Assembly (NCBI GenBank): GCA_018238545.1
Contig: JABCTC010000006.1
Location: 1-64,000 of the forward strand
Reading direction: 5' to 3'
Source: Candidatus Heimdallarchaeota archaeon
Lineage (GTDB): Archaea; Asgardarchaeota; Heimdallarchaeia; Heimdallarchaeales; Heimdallarchaeaceae
DNA: 64,000 nt
Shown piece by piece: positions 19,872 to 30,142 of this stretch. Position 1 is the stretch's first letter; every line of letters begins with the position of its first letter. A program made the position numbers and the translations under genes. The notes beneath the pieces were generated by a model that saw only the letters and a program-made list of their open reading frames with translations, was not told the origin of the DNA and did no database searches.

Positions 19872-22712
19872 ATGAGCAAAAAGAATAATCTCCATTATGA
19901 AAAAAGATACGGATATCAATCAAAAAAACACTCTAACAGAGTGCTAAAGAGTTTACTTTCCATTATTTCTGTTGTATCAGTAGGTATCATTTCTCTATTT
20001 TTCCTCTTCCCTGAGATTACAATATTGATTCCTTCAACCTTTGTTCAATCATTTTCTCTTTTTTGTGAGAGCATAGGCACTGCCATAGTTATCTTTTTTA
20101 CAACTGTATTGACAAATAAATATTTTCTCATTTCACTTTTTTGTTTATTAACCTGTTTAACAATCATCTTCTTTTTACCATATAGACCCGTTAGAGGTAA
20201 GAAGCAATTTACCTTGAAAAAATTAGGTTTACCTCTCTATAAGACTGTCAGTATGGTTGTTGTGTATTCTTCTTCTTGTGATAATCCTAAAAATTTCAGA
20301 TTCAATGCTTATGCAAATAAGACTCATTCTGCTTTTCTCAGTAGTTTATTAATGAAGTTCAAACTTCTTTCTTTGGTCTTCTACAAAAACAATGAAAACC
20401 TTAACATGCTCCTTCCTATAGTTTCGAAGGGCTTTAATTTGAAAAACCTTCAAAATAAAATGAGAAGACAAATTGATTTTGTTGCTAATTCCCTTGATAC
20501 TCATTATGGTAGCAAGGTAAAAGAGCTATCAGCTGAACAGGTCAATAATCTTCTAATTTCTTTAGAAAAAATGGAATCAAGAACAAAAGTAGATCTTACT
20601 TCTGATTTAATTAATAACTTCAATCTTACAGACCAATTACACAACACTCTCCTAAGAAAAGATGCTGGTTGCACCTGTTTATTGATAAAAGCGGAGAAAA
20701 AATCTAATGATAAGAGTCATTTGGCCTCAGACATGATTATATTCTCTGAGAATAGAAAAATAGAATCTCATGTCTTGAACTCCTGCGGGTTGAAAAAGAA
20801 AAAAACACTGGATTTGCTTACCAAGAGATTGAAATTTACCGATTTATTGTTTTCATCTCTTCGGAAAAGAAATCTTTCAGAGATTGAAGAATTATCAACA
20901 TTATTTCATATCCCTCTCAACTATAAGGGTGGACCAATTTCAATACGGTCTTCTTCTACTTCTACAAATCTCTCTTCTGCACTTAAAGATCAGAATTTAA
21001 TGATAGTGGGTCAGACAGTTGAGGGCGATGAAATAGGTAAAGATGTCACTATAAATGTTAAAGACCTTCTTCTAAATATAGAAATATTTGGAATGATAGG
21101 AAGAGGGAAGACGAAACTGGTCTCTTCTTTACTAAAACAGGTTCTAGATTACAATGTTAGTGCTCTTGTTTTTGACATTAAAGGGGAATATTCAAGATTC
21201 TTTGTAGACGATCCTCGAGTGGAAATTTTTACAATAGGAGAGCCTAGACCCCTATGTCTGAATCTATTTGAAACAATTGATAGTGAAGATGTACATAATA
21301 CATTGTTAATTATTGAAGAGATGATGATGTCATCAAATTTGGAATTTACTCCTTCGATGAAAAACTTGTTCGAAACAGCGTTATTCCAAACACATGGTTC
21401 TTCAAAAAGGAACCTACAAACTTTTGTAGAAAACGTGTACAAAGTAGCGGAAAATATTCGTTCTACTACAAATAGTTCCTATATTCAACAAACTATTGAT
21501 GCTGTTCTAAATAGATTAAATTTCATCTTCAATCCAATTAATTATGAAATATTAGGGGCGATACGAACAACCTTAGATTTATCTCTTCTGGATAATAACA
21601 AAAGCATAATCTTGGATTTGAGTCAGTTTCAAAAACGTGCAGCTAGACCCTCAGACATTTTTCTAATTTGTAATCTTATTTTGAAAAAACTTTATCGCCA
21701 CGCTTCTGCTAAGGAAATTACAGATAAACTAAGATATGTTGTTGTCTTGGAAGAAGCTATAAACATTATACCAAATTTTTATCGACCAGAGAGTTCTGCA
21801 TCCCTCATAACCTCTGAGAACAATTTCTTGTTGGGACGAAACTTGGGTATTGGTCACATAACCATCTCACAGTTGTGGTCTAGCGTTAGTAATATTGTCC
21901 ATGGTAACTCAGCTACCAAAATCATCTTTCGTTCAAGCGAAAAAGCCGATATTATAGGCAAATCTATCAATTTATCAGAAGATGAGATAAGCAAGATTCA
22001 AACACTGCCAACTCAACATTGCTATATTTTCTTTGAGGGATCAGAGAAGCCTATTAAGATTAGAACATTTGATTTACTAAGCGATCCCCTTAACTTTGCT
22101 GAATACCGCTCTAAAATTATTAAACGATATGGAAGAAGTGTCTTTCCCTTACTTTACAATAATTTTATTGAAATGAGAACCTCACTTTACCAGAAATACA
22201 ATCTCAGTACTAAGAAAAAATTCGGTCAATCAAACCAAGGACGGAGTACAAGTAATGCACAATCAAGGTTGAAGGACTTCCCACTCCAAGTAAAAACTGA
22301 AGACGATGAGAGAAAGGCTGTTGATAATTCTATAGCTGAAAAAGAAACGATGGATATTGTAAATTCGGCAGAGTTTTTACCTGAAAACTTGTTATGTGAA
22401 CAACTATGTCCAGAGAAAAACCATGGGAGAGATTGTGTTAAGTATAATATTGGGTCAAAAATAATCAAAACCATTATTACTAAAAACAGTTCTTCAAAAG
22501 AGTTAGCTTTCCTATTAGATAATCCCTCTCAACTGCTATCTATAGTCAAAGATTATGCTGAAAAGAGAAATCTAGAATATGATTCGTTTCTAGCATTTTG
22601 CACTGTAAAGAGCCTAACCTTAGATTTAGTTACAGGTGGAATTCTAACCTTCCAGGAAGCTTTTGAGTTTCTTAAGAAATTCTCTCCTCAAACTCAAACA
22701 ACAATGACATGA
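19872..22712 (+). CDS. Membrane-anchored HerA/VirB4-like (DUF87) ATPase
   Basis: N-terminal TM segments; Walker A GMIGRGKT, FDIKGEY, Walker B VVVLEEA, ISQ. The ORF track starts at 19830 (TTG). Confidence 0.8.
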   Translation: MSKKNNLHYEKRYGYQSKKHSNRVLKSLLSIISVVSVGIISLFFLFPEITILIPSTFVQSFSLFCESIGTAIVIFFTTVLTNKYFLISLFCLLTCLTIIFFLPYRPVRGKKQFTLKKLGLPLYKTVSMVVVYSSSCDNPKNFRFNAYANKTHSAFLSSLLMKFKLLSLVFYKNNENLNMLLPIVSKGFNLKNLQNKMRRQIDFVANSLDTHYGSKVKELSAEQVNNLLISLEKMESRTKVDLTSDLINNFNLTDQLHNTLLRKDAGCTCLLIKAEKKSNDKSHLASDMIIFSENRKIESHVLNSCGLKKKKTLDLLTKRLKFTDLLFSSLRKRNLSEIEELSTLFHIPLNYKGGPISIRSSSTSTNLSSALKDQNLMIVGQTVEGDEIGKDVTINVKDLLLNIEIFGMIGRGKTKLVSSLLKQVLDYNVSALVFDIKGEYSRFFVDDPRVEIFTIGEPRPLCLNLFETIDSEDVHNTLLIIEEMMMSSNLEFTPSMKNLFETALFQTHGSSKRNLQTFVENVYKVAENIRSTTNSSYIQQTIDAVLNRLNFIFNPINYEILGAIRTTLDLSLLDNNKSIILDLSQFQKRAARPSDIFLICNLILKKLYRHASAKEITDKLRYVVVLEEAINIIPNFYRPESSASLITSENNFLLGRNLGIGHITISQLWSSVSNIVHGNSATKIIFRSSEKADIIGKSINLSEDEISKIQTLPTQHCYIFFEGSEKPIKIRTFDLLSDPLNFAEYRSKIIKRYGRSVFPLLYNNFIEMRTSLYQKYNLSTKKKFGQSNQGRSTSNAQSRLKDFPLQVKTEDDERKAVDNSIAEKETMDIVNSAEFLPENLLCEQLCPEKNHGRDCVKYNIGSKIIKTIITKNSSSKELAFLLDNPSQLLSIVKDYAEKRNLEYDSFLAFCTVKSLTLDLVTGGILTFQEAFEFLKKFSPQTQTTMT

Positions 22713-22834
22713 GCTGTTTTGTTCAATACTCTTAGTTAATAAAACTTAAAAGTGACCAAATTTTTGCTTGTATTAAGTTCTGATCACGTCGACCGTTGAT
22801 TAATTTTACAACGGAAGTGGTAGAGGATGATATT

Positions 22835-23473
22835 ATGGTAGATAAAGAACTTAATACCGCTATTGAGAATATGATGAAACAATCACCATCTCGTAAATTC
22901 GTTGAATCTGTAGACATAGCTATAAATCTTAAAGATATTAATCTTCAAGACCCAGCAAAAAGATTTCAAATGGATGTACGGCTTCCACACCCATTACAAA
23001 AAGATGTAAAAGTGTGCGTAGTGGCTGAAGGTACTCAATTTGTTGAGGCAGAATCAGCTGGAGTAAGAGTGGTTGGTAAAGAAGAATTAGAGAATATTAG
23101 CAGAGATCCAAAACTAGCTAAGAGATTATCTAAACAGTATGATTTCTTTCTAGCAAGTGCTCCATTAATGCCTCTAATTGGACGAAATCTAGGTAAGTTT
23201 CTCGGACCACGAGGAAAGATGCCTAAACCTGTTCCCCCAAACGCTCCTATCGGACCTCTAATTGAAAATTATCAATCTACTGTTCAAGTTCGTTTACGTC
23301 AATCCCCAGTAATTCATGCTAGGATTGGAACAGCTGACATGAGTAGTGATGCTATTGCTGAAAATGTTCTTTCAGTTCTAAGAAACATAGAGAGCAAATT
23401 GGAAAAAGGCGAGAATAACATTAAGTCGATTTATATCAAGACTACAATGGGTCCTGCCATAAAAGTAAAGTAG
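22835..23473 (+). CDS. rpl1: 50S ribosomal protein uL1
   Basis: RKFVESVDIAINLK, LGPRGKMP, KTTMGP. Confidence 0.97.
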   Translation: MVDKELNTAIENMMKQSPSRKFVESVDIAINLKDINLQDPAKRFQMDVRLPHPLQKDVKVCVVAEGTQFVEAESAGVRVVGKEELENISRDPKLAKRLSKQYDFFLASAPLMPLIGRNLGKFLGPRGKMPKPVPPNAPIGPLIENYQSTVQVRLRQSPVIHARIGTADMSSDAIAENVLSVLRNIESKLEKGENNIKSIYIKTTMGPAIKVK

Positions 23474-23481
23474 GTGACACA

Positions 23482-24492
23482 ATGTCAACAATAATTTCAA
23501 ATAAAAAAAAGGAGATCGTTAATAATCTCAAGAAAGAATTGCTATCCTACCCCATTATTGGTTTAGTTAAAATTGATAATATCAATGCAAGAGTTGTACA
23601 AAACATTCGAAAAGATTTACATAAAGAAGCTAAGATTGTCATGGCTAAGAACAGTTTTATGAAACTAGCCTTGGATGGAGTTAAGAAAGATATTAAAGGT
23701 ATTGAAAAATTAACAGAATACATAGTCGGTTCCTGTGCTTTCTTACTAACTAATACTAACCCCTATAAATTAGCCTCTTACATGGATGATAATAAGGTTC
23801 CAGCACCTGCAAAAGCAGGACAAGTGGCACCGAATGATGTTATAATTAGACCAATGAACACTGGTATTCCTCCAGGACCTGTTATAGCTGAACTTCAATC
23901 TTTAGGCCTGAAAACTAGAATTGAAGGTGGTCAAATCAGAATCTCTGAAGAAGCTGTAGTGACCAAAGAAGGCCAACGAGTTAATAGAACAGTTGCACTT
24001 CTTCTAAGAAGACTAAACATCGAACCCTTTCAAACAGGTTTGAGTTTTGTTGTTGCTTTTGAGGGTGGAGATATAATTGCAGGTAAAGACTTAATCATTA
24101 ACTATAGTATGTATGAACAGAACCTCAAATGGGCTTACTCTTCAGCATTAAACCTCGCGGTTAATGCTGGAATCATTACAAAACAAAGCGTTGCACTAAT
24201 TATAGCCAATGCTAATCGATTTGCCCTTAATCTTTCTGTAAATGCAGGTATAATTAATAGTAAATCATTACCTCTTATTTTATCAAAAGCTGTTCAAGGA
24301 TCATTGTCTGTTGCATCTAAAGTGGCAGAACAAGATTCAAATGCAATATCTGATAAAATACAAGAAAAACTAACCTCTGCACCAAAAACTCAGCTTGTTG
24401 AAACAGTTAAAACTGAATCAAAAGAGGAAGTTAAGGAGGAAGTAGAAGAAGAACCTGAGGAAGACTTAGGGTTAGGATCACTATTTGGATAG
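23482..24492 (+). CDS. rpl10: Ribosomal protein uL10 (P0)
   Basis: APAKAGQVAP, TGIPPGP, acidic tail EEDLGLGSLFG. Confidence 0.97.
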   Translation: MSTIISNKKKEIVNNLKKELLSYPIIGLVKIDNINARVVQNIRKDLHKEAKIVMAKNSFMKLALDGVKKDIKGIEKLTEYIVGSCAFLLTNTNPYKLASYMDDNKVPAPAKAGQVAPNDVIIRPMNTGIPPGPVIAELQSLGLKTRIEGGQIRISEEAVVTKEGQRVNRTVALLLRRLNIEPFQTGLSFVVAFEGGDIIAGKDLIINYSMYEQNLKWAYSSALNLAVNAGIITKQSVALIIANANRFALNLSVNAGIINSKSLPLILSKAVQGSLSVASKVAEQDSNAISDKIQEKLTSAPKTQLVETVKTESKEEVKEEVEEEPEEDLGLGSLFG

Positions 24493-24501
24493 GTGAATAA
24501 T

Positions 24502-24810
24502 ATGGAATATGTATATGCCGCACTAGTACTACATGAATTAGGAGAAAAAATTACACAAGCAAAAGTAAAAGGAATTCTTGAAGCTGCTGGCGCAACAGCA
24601 GATGATTCTCGTATCAAAGCTTTAGTAGCTGCTTTGAAAGAAGTTGATATCGAAGAAGCATTGAAAACAGCTGTTATGTCCGCCGCAGCTGCACCAGCCA
24701 CTGCTCCTGCAGGAGCAACAAAGGAAGCAGCCGCACCAGCAAAAAAAGAAAAAGTTAAAGAAGAACCTGAAGAAGATACTGACTTAGGCTTAAGCGCTTT
24801 ATTCGGATAA
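24502..24810 (+). CDS. rpl12: Ribosomal stalk protein P1/L12
   Basis: MEYVYAALVLH, Ala-rich hinge, LGLSALFG. Confidence 0.97.
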   Translation: MEYVYAALVLHELGEKITQAKVKGILEAAGATADDSRIKALVAALKEVDIEEALKTAVMSAAAAPATAPAGATKEAAAPAKKEKVKEEPEEDTDLGLSALFG

Positions 24811-24873
24811 TCTTTCTTTTCTTATTTTTTTCAGAAATTTCATTTTAAAATTTTTAAATTTTTATTATTCTTT

Positions 24874-25191
24874 CTAAGTTTTCTTTAAAAAATCGTTGAA
24901 TGCTTCAACTATGTCATTATATTCTTCTAATATTTCATAATCTCCCAAGGATTTAACATCTTTTTCTATAGTTAAATTAGAACTAAGAGATGCAATCCTT
25001 GATCTTCTTACTTGTCCTCGACCATCGATTGATATGATTAACGTATGATCTTCTGCATGCATCAGAACAAAATTAAACAGTTGACCGTCTCTTAATTCCT
25101 CTAATTGTTTTCTATCAATTCTACATTCTAGCATTCTACCGCATTTTTCACAGTTAAATGCCTTTATTATGAATTGGTTTTCCATTTCCAT
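24874..25191 (-). CDS. Small putative Zn-binding protein (CEKC...HAEDH)
   Basis: CxxC plus a His pair; last gene of the GTPase operon. Confidence 0.6.
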   Translation of the reverse strand: MEMENQFIIKAFNCEKCGRMLECRIDRKQLEELRDGQLFNFVLMHAEDHTLIISIDGRGQVRRSRIASLSSNLTIEKDVKSLGDYEILEEYNDIVEAFNDFLKKT

Positions 25192-25206
25192 TCTAGGTCA
25201 CTTTTT

Positions 25207-25803
25207 TTAAACATTAGAATATTTTGACAGTAGTTCTTCTGCTAAATTATCCTCTTTATTCACAATTTGATTGACCATATATTCAAATGGTTCAGAAACG
25301 TTAGCAGAAAAGAGACCACTTACTAAGAAATGTTTGCGTATATCATGTGTTTTCATAAAACTGTGAATATCTTCAACTGTTACTTCAACATTATCCAAAT
25401 CTAATTTGTTTCCAACTAAAATTTCAGGAATTTTAGGATAATAATGATTTTTAAGATAATTTCTAGTAAGTTCAACAAACTCACTAAGATCAAGTAGTGT
25501 TTCAATGTCTGTTACATCGTAAACATACATCACACCTTTGACTCCTCTCAGAAACACATCTATCATAAATCTGAACTGCCTTTGCCCAGCAAAATCCCAT
25601 ATCTGCAGAGTTACCGCTTTATCAAATTGTGCTATTCTCTTTATAGTAATATCGACTCCCTTAGTCATAGAAATTTCATTAGGGTCTGTCATTTCTCCTG
25701 TGTAACCTTTAGATATTGTTGTTTTACCAACAGATCCTAACCCAAGCACAGCAACTTTCAATATGTTCCCTTGGTTAGTGTTATGCGGTTGTCCAGCTAT
25801 CAT
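25207..25803 (-). CDS. Rab-like small GTPase
   Basis: G1 GLGSVGKT, G2 TKGVD, G3 WDFAGQ, G4 GNKLD; no C-terminal prenylation Cys. Confidence 0.92.
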   Translation of the reverse strand: MIAGQPHNTNQGNILKVAVLGLGSVGKTTISKGYTGEMTDPNEISMTKGVDITIKRIAQFDKAVTLQIWDFAGQRQFRFMIDVFLRGVKGVMYVYDVTDIETLLDLSEFVELTRNYLKNHYYPKIPEILVGNKLDLDNVEVTVEDIHSFMKTHDIRKHFLVSGLFSANVSEPFEYMVNQIVNKEDNLAEELLSKYSNV

Positions 25804-25827
25804 TATATATCATATCCTAAAAAACAT

Positions 25828-27168
25828 TTAAAACACCACATTTTTTGTGGTATCTGTATTTTCACCAGCAACCATTCCATGTAGAGAAACAGCTGAAAAT
25901 ACTGGTTTATTTTTTATCACAGAAAATTCTCCTCCAGAATATAACGTTATGAATGGTACATCATTTCCAATTGCTTCTCTAATCATAACATTTTCTTTTT
26001 CAATTTTATCTCCTGCAATTAGCAATCTGTTGCTACAATTTACAAACATGCCAAAAAGTGGTTTTTCTATATTCTGGGATGCTTTCATAGCACACTCAAA
26101 AGCTGATTTTTGGATACCTGTTCCAGATTGAGTGAAGAAATCTGCATTAGTATTCTTCCTTTTTAACATTCTTTCTGGTATTGTAGTGACAACCCCATTC
26201 AAAATTGATTGACATATTGAAACATATGGTATATATTCTTCATCCTTTGAATTGAGTGCTGATAAGTATAATAACGAAGCATTAGCATATCGTGCAAAGG
26301 ATTCATTATATAGCTCCTCCGACATTCCAATAAGATCAAGAAATGCTTGACGAGCGGGTTCTTTGTTAATTTTCTGTACATATCCACTTGTAAGAAATTC
26401 TGAAACATCAAAATTGTTCAATTTTTGTGATTTGTCAAAAGCCCAATCAATGTCAAATTGCAACTTATCTGAGGAAAGAAACGTTCCAACCATTGCATCT
26501 TTTAGTACATTTGTTCCTTCAAACTGAAAACTTGTCCTCATGTCTAAATCGATGGTAGCTCCTCCAATTACATTATTGACACTATTTTCTGCAAGAATAC
26601 ATAGAATCTCATCTGCATAATTTGCTGTACCATATCCATTCTTACCCATGTTTTTGTTTATGATTTTTCCAATTAAATTGAACATTCCTTTGAATTTATG
26701 TGCGAAGAAAGTATCCAAAATTTTCATTTGTTCATATGCATCTGGTTCAAAGAAGGGCCCAGCTGCCAGAAACAATCCCATTTTATTTTTTTGTTCAATT
26801 TTCTTATGACAATCCAGAATGACTTTAGCGCCTTTTTTTGGATTTGTTCTAATATTAGAATAGGAGAAAGGGCTATGAACCTGAATATCATTAGATTTAA
26901 TTGCCATGACTGCGCATCCTTGTGTTGTTGGATACCCATTTGAGGTAGCAACTCCTGGAAATGTACCTCCAACTATATTTGATGTTCCACTTTCTTCACT
27001 TAATTTTGTGAGAGCTTCTTTGTAGGCTTGTTTACTTCTGTAATTTGGTGTAAAACCCACCAATAGGAAATCAGAAGTACCGTTCATATCACCAATTACA
27101 TCTTTTACTATATTTTTAGTTACTTGATGTATGGATCTATGGCTTGCAGTTCCTGTAGCTATTTTCAT
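25828..27168 (-). CDS. FIST-domain sensory protein
   Basis: C-terminal NCSNR...PFITLYSGGEF resembles FIST_C; N-terminal VGGT resembles FIST_N. Confidence 0.7.
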   Translation of the reverse strand: MKIATGTASHRSIHQVTKNIVKDVIGDMNGTSDFLLVGFTPNYRSKQAYKEALTKLSEESGTSNIVGGTFPGVATSNGYPTTQGCAVMAIKSNDIQVHSPFSYSNIRTNPKKGAKVILDCHKKIEQKNKMGLFLAAGPFFEPDAYEQMKILDTFFAHKFKGMFNLIGKIINKNMGKNGYGTANYADEILCILAENSVNNVIGGATIDLDMRTSFQFEGTNVLKDAMVGTFLSSDKLQFDIDWAFDKSQKLNNFDVSEFLTSGYVQKINKEPARQAFLDLIGMSEELYNESFARYANASLLYLSALNSKDEEYIPYVSICQSILNGVVTTIPERMLKRKNTNADFFTQSGTGIQKSAFECAMKASQNIEKPLFGMFVNCSNRLLIAGDKIEKENVMIREAIGNDVPFITLYSGGEFSVIKNKPVFSAVSLHGMVAGENTDTTKNVVF

Positions 27169-27177
27169 ATAATCTCC

Positions 27178-27537
27178 TCACAAATTTGCTGAAATCAACA
27201 TTGATTTTCTTTTAGTTTCTATAGATAAAAGACTTAAATTAGCAGTTCCAGTTGCCAATGTTGTTAGAATTGTAACATTGTTAACCACAGAAAACAGAAC
27301 ACAGAAATTGTTCAATTCATAAGTTACCTTTGCTAGGTTGTTTGTTTTCATCTCAAGTGAAACTTTTTCCACATTAGCTTTGCACCATTGAATTGTTCTG
27401 AGAATATCATTGGAATGTCGTTCTTTAAATGCTGAATTGATAACGTTCCCATCTATTCGAAAAAGTATCGCGGCTTCAACATCATCTAAGTGTATTAAAT
27501 CAGACAACTCTGAGGATATCCCTGTGGCATCATTCAT
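27178..27537 (-). CDS. Roadblock/LC7 domain protein
   Basis: 119 aa; VEAAILFRIDGNVI and ANLSLL pattern. Confidence 0.8.
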   Translation of the reverse strand: MNDATGISSELSDLIHLDDVEAAILFRIDGNVINSAFKERHSNDILRTIQWCKANVEKVSLEMKTNNLAKVTYELNNFCVLFSVVNNVTILTTLATGTANLSLLSIETKRKSMLISANL

Positions 27538-28460
27538 TTTTTTACCTCTTGAAGCATTTGAGGATTGGTTAATGCGTCCACAAGTTCAATTTTATCTCCC
27601 CTTTCTTGTCTATCATTAAGCAGATTTTTTGCTATTTGAGCAATGATTCTCTTTTTGGGGTCCTTATCCTTTGACATTTGTTTAACTTTCTTCATTAATT
27701 CACTATATCTAGTATCATAAACTAATGGTTCATTATATTCACCCTGAATTGAACTCGTATCAATAGCAACACCTGAACCATGAGCAAAATGCATTGGAAA
27801 AATGCCCTCATGATGGGCTGTTCTTCTAGACTTAACAATTTTACATGTTCTATTATATTTGCCTCCTAACCCAAGATTTTGAATGTGGACTACTGTGTCT
27901 GATAGATAAATTGGAACTCTTGTTTCTGTAGCACCAATATCTGTTTGTCCAAATGCATTAGGTTCTTCGACTGTTTGTAAAACAGTACCTAACGAACTTA
28001 GGTGCTGGTAAATTTTTGTTAGAACTTTTCTCTGTTCCTTTTCAGATGGAAATTCCCATAAAATTGGTGTAAGTGGGTCTAAAATGATTCTTGTGTGTCT
28101 AACATTTTTATGTTTAAGTTTTTGAGCTAAAGCAGGAAGTATATTAGTCATAAACTCAACGATTTTCTCGCTTTCCACAAGGTGTATGAGATCCGTAAAA
28201 TTCTGTGACACTTCTTTAATTCTTATCCCTAAAGATTCTGCCCCTGCAATGAGTTTAGCGGGTGTCTCTTCAAAGGACAAGTAAAGTGTATGATCTCCTT
28301 CAAGTAGGCCTTGGTAAATATAGGCTAGTGCGACAGTTGTTTTACCTGTACCACTGCTTCCTACAATGGAATTGATTGAATTTTTAATCATCCCACCTTG
28401 TAACAATACATCTAATCCTTCAATGCCTGAAGAAATTCTTTCAGTAATTGACATATTCAT
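27534..28460 (-). CDS. KaiC/RAD55-like RecA-family ATPase
   Basis: SSGIEGLDVLLQGG, GSSGTGKT, SFEE, KSRRTAH. Confidence 0.88.
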   Translation of the reverse strand: MNMSITERISSGIEGLDVLLQGGMIKNSINSIVGSSGTGKTTVALAYIYQGLLEGDHTLYLSFEETPAKLIAGAESLGIRIKEVSQNFTDLIHLVESEKIVEFMTNILPALAQKLKHKNVRHTRIILDPLTPILWEFPSEKEQRKVLTKIYQHLSSLGTVLQTVEEPNAFGQTDIGATETRVPIYLSDTVVHIQNLGLGGKYNRTCKIVKSRRTAHHEGIFPMHFAHGSGVAIDTSSIQGEYNEPLVYDTRYSELMKKVKQMSKDKDPKKRIIAQIAKNLLNDRQERGDKIELVDALTNPQMLQEVKK

Positions 28461-28576
28461 CTATATTTTTATATGAAAAAGCTAAATAAACTCCACAATT
28501 TCCTTTAGGAATCAATTTGGTTTTATTTTCTAGCTAATCGAATTAAACACAATATTTTATAAAGAAATAGAAATAG

Positions 28577-29350
28577 ATGTTCTCGAGTATAATGACATCT
28601 CTCTTAGCCAAAATTAAAGAGTTATTCATCTCAAAAGAGAAAAAATTCATTATTGCCCTTCATGAAGCGCTAGAAAGTAAGAATTTTGTTAATTTAAAGA
28701 AAATCTCTTCTAAATTATCATTACAGCAAAGATATAACATAATCAATAAACTACAATCATCCAAAGAATTGCATGGTGTATTACTTGTTGAAAGAATGCT
28801 ATTTTTGTCTATTGATGAAGCTGATCTAACTGATTTGAAGGACAAAATAAAGAACATTGGAACAATTGAATTACCTGAACTAAAGGAACGATGGAAATTA
28901 AAAGATAATATTTTGGATAACCTCCTACAACACATTGAAAAAGGCGTAATGGGTGAAAAAGCCTTCTATACACACAGATATCTTCAACATCATTTTGTTG
29001 CTAATTTAACAAAAAATGATGAACATGATCTCATACAAATGAGCTCAAAACTTGGGCTAGACCCCTCTATAATACTGCCTTTTGTTCAAAAAATGATAGC
29101 TGAAGAAACAGTTTCTGGTGTGATAAAACAACAGCAATTTTTTGTAGATTCTGAATCCTTTGAAACTTCATTTTCTGAGTATCTTGAAGAAATAGAAGAG
29201 AATACAATAGAAAAAGAGTTCAGTGAGGTGGCTATAGAATTAGGCGTTTCATCTTCTGTGGTTGAAAAATATTTAGTGAAATACGTTGAGAGAGTACCTG
29301 GTCGCTTTGTTGTATATCCCCTTGAAAAGAAAGTAAGAATAAAAAGATGA
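28577..29350 (+). CDS. Hypothetical protein with PCI-like winged-helix repeats
   Basis: LIQMSSKLGL...VQKMIAEETVSGVI and FSEVAIELGVSSSVVEKYL. Confidence 0.5.
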   Translation: MFSSIMTSLLAKIKELFISKEKKFIIALHEALESKNFVNLKKISSKLSLQQRYNIINKLQSSKELHGVLLVERMLFLSIDEADLTDLKDKIKNIGTIELPELKERWKLKDNILDNLLQHIEKGVMGEKAFYTHRYLQHHFVANLTKNDEHDLIQMSSKLGLDPSIILPFVQKMIAEETVSGVIKQQQFFVDSESFETSFSEYLEEIEENTIEKEFSEVAIELGVSSSVVEKYLVKYVERVPGRFVVYPLEKKVRIKR

Positions 29351-29493
29351 AGTATTACTGGGATTATTTTTTAATCTTTTTTCATTACATTAAACATTGT
29401 ATGCTTACATGCCATTTTTTACAATATCTTTTGTGGGTGTATTATCTGTCGAAATCTTTAAAATAGTGTGTTGTTTTCGAACGATAGATAAAA

Positions 29494-29919
29494 ATGGTAA
29501 AGAAGCTACCGTGGATTTTCCCCGGAATAAGAAGACCAAATTTCAGTTTACATCAAATTTCAATTAGACTACCTACAAGAATTCCTCGCAGTGTTCTTTA
29601 TATATTGATTTATGCTATTGTTTTCTACATTTTTGCTGGAGGAGCATATGACATTGTAAACAGTGAGACCCTTATTAGTATAGGATCAGATGGAAATTCA
29701 CCTGTATTTATTGCCCCTAATCAACATGCACAGTATCTAATAGAGGGGATTGTAGCAGGATTCGTTTTTTCATTTGCTGCGGCAAGTTTATACCTCTTTG
29801 AACATGCAACAAAATATGCTTTTGATGTAAATACAGCCCAAAAAGTTGAATTAATTGCAACAGTATTAGTGATTGTATGGTTTGTTGTTATTCTTTTGCT
29901 ATTTAATGCAAAAAGTTAG
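29494..29919 (+). CDS. OSTC/DC2-like (OST3/OST6 family) oligosaccharyltransferase subunit
   Basis: Three TM segments; GGAYDIV and QYLIEG match recalled eukaryotic OSTC GGIIYDVI and QYIMEG. Confidence 0.8.
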   Translation: MVKKLPWIFPGIRRPNFSLHQISIRLPTRIPRSVLYILIYAIVFYIFAGGAYDIVNSETLISIGSDGNSPVFIAPNQHAQYLIEGIVAGFVFSFAAASLYLFEHATKYAFDVNTAQKVELIATVLVIVWFVVILLLFNAKS

Positions 29920-30142
29920 AATCTTTCTCTCCATCTTTTTCATATTTTATCATTAGATTTTTTCAATATGTCATTTTGTCTTCTTGTGTAGACACTATTT
30001 AGAACACTGAAAATTTGAGCTATAATTCTGTAAAATCCTTATTTGTAGAAAGATTTGTTACAATCTTTAAAATCACTTATAGTTTCAAATTATTACATCT
30101 ATATGGTGTGTCCTAGGCACTTCTGAAGCTTTTGTAAATAAT

